From Trichoplax adhaerens (taxonomy: Eukaryota > Animalia > Placozoa), in contig NW_002060949.1 in NCBI RefSeq assembly GCF_000150275.1, positions 4,893,006 to 4,957,005 on the forward strand: DNA of 64,000 nucleotides, in the 5' to 3' direction. Shown piece by piece: positions 57,601-64,000 of this stretch. The notes below the pieces were generated by a model. It searched no databases. It saw only the letters and a list, made by a program, of their open reading frames with translations, and was not told the DNA's origin. Positions within the stretch are counted from its first letter, which is position 1, and each line of letters starts with the position of its first letter. The position numbers were made by a program, and so were the translations under genes.

Positions 57601-59691
57601 TAACCTTCTATTATTGTCAAAACGACATCAATTCATGTCACTGATTTTGCTCTTTCTAATGGCTGTGTAGCTGGAACTGCTTCATCTATTAAGGATAAAA
57701 AATCATTGAAAGATACCGCTGCCGAAAAATCTCCCACTAAATCATCAACTAAATCTACGAAAGATGATGAAAATAGTAAAAGTAAAAGTTTTGTCTATTT
57801 CATTTTTTATTAAAACTTATTTAATAGACTAGGCTAAAAGCTGTTAACCTTCTAAATCATCATTAGTATAATATGATACAGTTTATTTGAGGCAATAGCA
57901 AATGATTAAGTATGAAAGAGATTTCACGTTATTTCATATTCTTGATAAATGATTTTGTTTAATTTATGACTGATAATTGTTACTTCTAGAGTCAACTAAA
58001 ATAAAACCATCTGAAATCATAGCAAGTGCTAAATCATCTACTGCAGATCAAAAGAAAGGTTGTTCTTAAATGAATGTTCCTATTCCAAATTATTTGGATC
58101 TATTTTGTATCTTTACAAATATCTCTGACGCCAATTGTATTTGTTAATGTAGAATCTACGCCTTCTCTAACCACCACAAAGGCCCCAGCTGCAGCAACTG
58201 CTACAAGAACGACTGTTACTACAAAAACACCTGCTACTACAAAAACGACTGTTACTACAAAAACGCCTGCTACTACAAAAACAACTGTTACTACAAAAAC
58301 GACTGTTACTACAAAAACGCCTGCTACAAAAACGCCTGTTACGAAAACGCCTACTACAACCACGAATAAGGCCTTTATCAAGCCAACGCCCAAAACTACC
58401 AGTGATAACAGTTTCGTACAAATATACTATTTGTCCATAACATGCATAAATTAATGAAATATTCCCTTATTATTTGATGGCTAATTATAATCTTTTAACT
58501 TCTGTTATATATGCAATAGAATCTACGAATACTACCAGCTCAACGACAGCTTCCAGTAAGATTACTATTAGTAAACCTACTTCGAAACCAATTAGTACGA
58601 GCAAGAAAAACGATAGTGATAAAGCTTCAGCTAGTGCGGCTTCTAAAAACAACGAAAAGAAGCCTGAACCCCCAAAGAGTACGATAAAAAGTGAACAACC
58701 GAAGGCTAGTAACAGCCCCAAGCCCGATGGTAAAAAGACGACTAAAATTACAATCTCTGCTAGGTCGAATCCTGATGCAAAGATCTGCAATGGGTGTAAA
58801 GAAGTTATCAGGTTCGCTTTTTCATTCTGTCGCTATTTCAAGATACTAGAACAATAAGACTTGCTTGATGCATATAACTTTGTGAAAAGTACTATTAACC
58901 TATTTGGGTTTATTTCTAGTAGCATTTTCTAATTTTATTTACCATAAATCTTGTTATGTAGTGGTCCACATTTAATGGCTATGAATAAGCCTTGGCATCC
59001 AGAACATTTTCTGTGTCGTGAATGTGGAAAGTCTTTGAGGGGTATAGAATTTATCGAAAACGACGGTTTTCCGTACTGTGTAGAGGACTACTATAATCTA
59101 TTTGGAAACAAATGTGCTGGCTGTGGCGAACCAATTAAGGAGGTTGGTAATAGTATCAAAATTTTAATCTTAATAATTTTAATTGATACTTTATAAAATA
59201 GTCCTTAACTGTACAAGACTTCGGTAAATTGGTGGATACTTGTACACAATTTCTTGAAAGACTTTTAACTGATGATATTCACTGTATATAGAACTATATT
59301 AATGCAATTGGTAAAACTTGGCATGCAGAACACTTTGTTTGCTGTTTGTGTGATAAACAGTTGGGAAATATTCCGTTTCATGTCGATAATGGTAAACCTT
59401 ACTGTGAATTTCATTATGAAGAGTTATTTGCAACTAGATGTCATAAATGTGATGAAGCTGTAAAAGCTGGAGAGCAGTGGATTGAAGCCCTGGGTCATAA
59501 TTGGCACAAAAGATGCTTTCGATGTGTGGTAAGTAAGAGAGGCAGTATAATTAGTAACACAAATCGTTACATCATTTCAATTTATCATTACGGTGTTATA
59601 GGAGTGCCAAATTGAACTTCATGGAAAGAGCTTTTATTCGCGAGAAGACCATCCATACTGCAGTGAGCATAGGCATCTTATTTCAACCTAA
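54612..59691 (+). CDS. PDZ and LIM domain protein of the Enigma/Zasp (PDLIM5/7/LDB3-like) type: N-terminal PDZ, S/T/K-rich linker, three LIM domains, 10 exons
   Basis: Exons approx 54612-54713, 56257-56408, 57433-57583, 57671-57781, 57990-58058, 58153-58401, 58520-58811, 58962-59142, 59292-59528, 59602-59691. PDZ SPWGIRVHGGKDFGSPI..PGGKA; LIMs CNGC..WHPEHFLC, CAGC..WHAEHFVC, CHKC..WHKRCFRC..PYCSEH. Confidence 0.93.
58195..58360 (+). repeat. Coding 18-bp minisatellite (TTKTPA / TTKTTV units) in the PDZ-LIM linker exon
   Basis: ACTACAAAAACR followed by CCTGCT or ACTGTT, repeated about 8 times. Confidence 0.9.
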
Positions 59692-61059
59692 GCTTCTGCT
59701 TATATGTTAAATAGTTTGAATTAGTAACATGATTAAAAAGCTATCCGGTATTATACAAAATTTAACGTGAGACTATTTAATAACTTTACAATTTGTTGCA
59801 TAAGTTATAGTCGTAAATTTTTTCTTAAAAATTTTCTTTCTCCTCTTTAATCGTCTATATTTTTCCGCAATCACTACATTTTTGTCATAAATAATTTCGA
59901 TTGTATTAATTGAAGGTAGTGCTTATACTAACTTGTTGAATTTGTATGAATGTATGACTAATGTGGTGATCGCTCACACTCATATGGTGTACTGTTTGTA
60001 GAATCTGATATTGTAGGGATATATTATCTTACGTGCACTCGGACAAATCGGATTAATGTCATCTTTGATGATGCGTTTAATAGGACTAATCACTTTAGTA
60101 AATGAGTACTTAACTACTTATTAATCAGATAATACATTACTATGATTGTTGGCAATATATTGATTCGCATGTTATTAAAGAATATCGTATGAAATCATCC
60201 CATTATAACAGTAATTTAATTGCGAATTTTTATGATATCCTTTACAGTATCGGTAGAATTTTTTTATTAAAATATAATAAACTTGTGAGGTTAATCAATC
60301 TAATATAATTATTTAAAGATATTTGTTACACTTTACTTTTATGTTTTCATTTTAAAAATAAAAATTATAGGCTATTTTTAGATAGGTGAATTTGTATTAA
60401 TGTCTCGACAAGTCTTGCAGTTTATCCAAAAAATCACAGTAAAATTCATCTATACGTACAGGTGATATTAGTAAAATTTCAGATCTATTAACGGTGATGT
60501 TGGATGTTTGAGATAAATAGTGAATACCCGTATACCTAAATTTTTATACTCTCGGTTCAGGCAAAGTAATCATCAATTAAATTAAACTACAATAACGACT
60601 TTTTATAACGGATGATGTTTTCGAAATCTTCAAAATAGTAAGAATTGTTATTGATTAATTGATAAATATCAATGTAGTTCTCTTACATCAGATTTTCAAT
60701 AATGGTAAAAATAGGTTACGAAAGTATTTATGTATCTTAAGTAACAGAAAACATGGATCGAACCAGGATCTGGGGTTATGTAAAGAAAAATATATTCTGC
60801 CCAAAATTGCATTTATAGACCTGAATGTCGGTTTTAGTCTGGAAAAATTTGATCTTTCTGCTAGAAGCAATCTATTGTTACTGTATATTTTGAGCTGTAA
60901 TTGAACAACTTGCAAAAATTTTAATTGTAATATTGTATCCAGCTTTTCTTGATATTAAAAATATCATTTCATCTTCCTAATTACTTGAATCATATTGGTT
61001 TGAGTATCCTTTACACGAGTAAAACATGATTAAATTTCAGTCATGAGGAATGAAAATCA

Positions 61060-63408
61060 TTAAACTGTAGTTTCAGATACGACAGAATTATGATCATTAG
61101 ATAAGATGCCATCATCGATGGGTGATAAGGTATCTTTGACAACCGAAAATGTTTCCATTTCTTTCTTTTGTCTTTTTTCTTTTCTTTTGTCGCAACATGT
61201 AAGAAATCTATATACACATATTAAAAATTATGAAGGCAATATATGTAAATAATTACAAGCTAGAGAAGAATAATTAGAACTTTCACAAATTCTTATCCTC
61301 TCACTAGAAGTGATTCAAACGTGTATTGTAAACCAGATTATGCAGATATTCGATTGATACATTTTCTTAGCTGATTACAGAGTTAAGGTAACAAATGTAA
61401 ATTATATAAATACAAAATTACTATTGAACTTACATTAAGAATACTTTTGGAGGTAATAAAATTAAGTTTGCTGCTGCGAATGCTATCATAGCACTTCGTG
61501 TGTTAGCATGTAGGATCATGAATCTTTGAGCCATATACTCGCTAATTACCTTGCCAAATATATAAAGAATGGCAATCCAACAAAACACCATAGCTTTTAA
61601 TAAACAAGCAATATATTTTTAAAAGAGATAAAATACAGTCAATCTTGATTGAAATGTTTCTTACAATCAGAGTATTGTTGCTAGCTAATATTTGATTAAA
61701 ATATTATATCAAATTGAATTCCTAATAAGGGAATACTTGTAATAAGATTTTAGTTGTCTAAAACGTACCATATTCATTTCTCTTGATGGTTTTGCTAATC
61801 ATATTCAACATACAAGGCACAGCTATTCCCCCTAACGCACCGCCTACTATACCTAATTAATAATATATAGGAAATGATGGAATAAAATCCTTTATTAATA
61901 TATATTAATGCTTTATTTTGTGAATAAGATTTACAGTTAAAACTATACTGTATATAATCAAAGTAGAGCTAGTTGTATATGATAAATTAAGTTACTGAAG
62001 GATATAATACAGAAACAAACTTTTTCCTTTCATATTCTTTAATTTGTTACTGAATAAGCTATTTAAATGTACGAGACTCGTAGATATCAATGGTTATCCT
62101 TTTCAATAGTGGCTAAATTTTACTACCGGACTACGTTCTCCCTGAATAGATCATAAAGACTCGTACTGATAAGTACCATATATCAAATGACATATAAGAT
62201 ATCGATGCTAATGTAATCTATTTGTTGCCATGTATCCTCATTTTTTTTTAAATTAGTCTGCTTTATACTACTATGAAATTATAGAAGATCATACTTCCAA
62301 ACAGCAACCAAAGCTGTGGCGTACCCAAGGCAATCATTCCCAATGGCGCAATTACACATGTTAGCCCTATATTGGCTAGAATGCTATCTCTTAGATACTT
62401 TCGAAGGAAGAGCCAACCGAGAATACCACCGGCGGCAATTCCAAGTAAACGAATACTTTCAAAGATGTAAGCATTCGCTGATGTCCAACAATATGGATAC
62501 AAGACAAGATAGGTATTGACCAAATCGGTCAATATAGCGTAAGAAAATACAGTGAAAACTAATGCTACCAATAACAAGCGAAATCGTAATTTATGTTTTC
62601 TTTTCCTTACTAAAGTAAAGCATGTCACGCCAAAGCTAATTAATATGTCCAATAGCAGATTTTTTTTTACTACATTGTGATCATTTCTTGAACAATTATA
62701 TTTGAGATGTATAAATATAAATGCAAAGATCAAACTGATTATATATATACTAATACAGATAATTAATATGACAATTAAATTATAATGGGAAAGCCCTCGA
62801 AAAATCATCTGTAAAGAAATAGCATAACCTATATACATGCAAACTGTTAAGGTTGCCCACTGTAAGCCTTGATATTTTTGTGGGCAACCTTCACCTACGA
62901 TGGCAAATAAACTAAAGATGAACGTTGGTAAGCCACCTGTTAAGCCTAATACTAATGATCCATATATCAGTAAATTGGGATTGTAACGGCCGTATACAGT
63001 TAAGAATGCCATGATGGCTTGACAAAGTAAACCGAATATAGATATAAGTGCATAAATAGAACGTTTGCCATAACGATCCGACCAACTTGCTAACAAGATG
63101 GAACTAATAGCCGTGGATATACAGGTTACCAAGTTAATAGTACTAATGGACACAATAGACGGTCTAGTCATGCTAATTGCAGCCAATCGATACGTTTGTG
63201 ATGAGTTAAAATAGATGCATGAACTATTCGATAAATAATAGTTTGCAATCGGCTCAATATGTCTTCGTCCTTGTTGGTCGACAATAAGATTGGTTTCAAT
63301 AGCATACTGAACCATATAATTCGTTAATACAATGATAGTTAACAAAAAATGACTTGGCGACAATGCCTTATGAATAGCTTTACTAACTTGAAATTTGGCG
63401 ACTGTCAT
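61060..63408 (-). CDS. MFS transporter, SLC46 (PCFT-like) family, 4 exons
   Basis: Exon 1 63408 to about 62293 has multiple TMs, WSDRYGKR and PYCWTS. Further exons approx 61852-61769 (SIVGGALGGIAVPCMLNMISK), 61593-61434 and 61208-61060 splice in phase and end in VSETTV stop. MFS is secure; SLC46 is my best family call. Confidence 0.8.
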
Positions 63409-64000
63409 TTCTGATGTAACTTTAATTAGAAACCAGCGGAGAAGATAATGTTGTATAATAAATACCAGTATCCGTATATAATCAATTTATAGCCAATGAA
63501 AAGTTTCTTGCTTATGCCGTCTACAGGATAAATGGCAACTGAGATGTTTGAATAGACTGAATTCGATTAACCAATTATAGTAGACATCTTGTTTTATAAG
63601 TTAATGCAATTTACGTTCTTTAATGACGATAATTCCAAATGTCCTGTTAATCCTAATCATCAATTGCCTTATAAGGTAGCCATAAAGTGGATAATATCCA
63701 CATAAACGCTCATAGATACCAATACTATTTGATTCAATAACTACGATCGGCAGTTTAAATCTAGTAACTCCTAGTCGGTCATTACCATAAACTGATCATT
63801 ATGTAACGATAACTTACTACTTCAGATCTTACTTGCCAGTATCATTGATAGAAGTCATTTATCTTAACAAATTACCGAGTAAAATTAGCGCATAAGTAGT
63901 TCTACGCAATGTATATGTGTACACAGCCTTGGTGAGTTGATTTTAATTATTATACCGTGCATTCAAGGACTATTGTAAATTTTTTTGACCAACGGACTCT

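Overview
AT-rich eukaryotic (animal) genomic DNA with compact genes and mostly short GT-AG introns. Composition and gene style suggest an early-branching metazoan, most likely a placozoan such as Trichoplax (inference, not proven). I reconstructed nine protein-coding loci by hand: a single-exon class A GPCR broken by one frameshift (+), VPS53 (-, 24 exons), three OATP/SLCO transporters (two tandem + copies, one divergent - copy), a Caspr/Neurexin-IV-like receptor (-), a GT31 beta-1,3-glycosyltransferase (-), an Enigma/Zasp-type PDZ + 3 LIM protein (+) and an SLC46-like MFS transporter (-). No tRNA, rRNA, CRISPR or transposase was recognised. Most interesting signals: (1) window-wide enrichment of TACAGTA/TACTGTA and related TA-X-TA words, piled up in the divergent GT31/PDZ-LIM promoter, matching Tc1/mariner excision footprints; (2) a family of tiny CATGGACTAC-ended palindromic insertions, two with target-site duplications; (3) a gene-conversion-like tract and a TAG-for-GAG stop with an intact in-frame tail in the OATP pair; (4) a Caspr-like gene with no visible discoidin domain and a candidate 30-nt microexon; (5) a PDZ-LIM linker built from symmetric cassette exons. 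All counts and alignments were done by eye.
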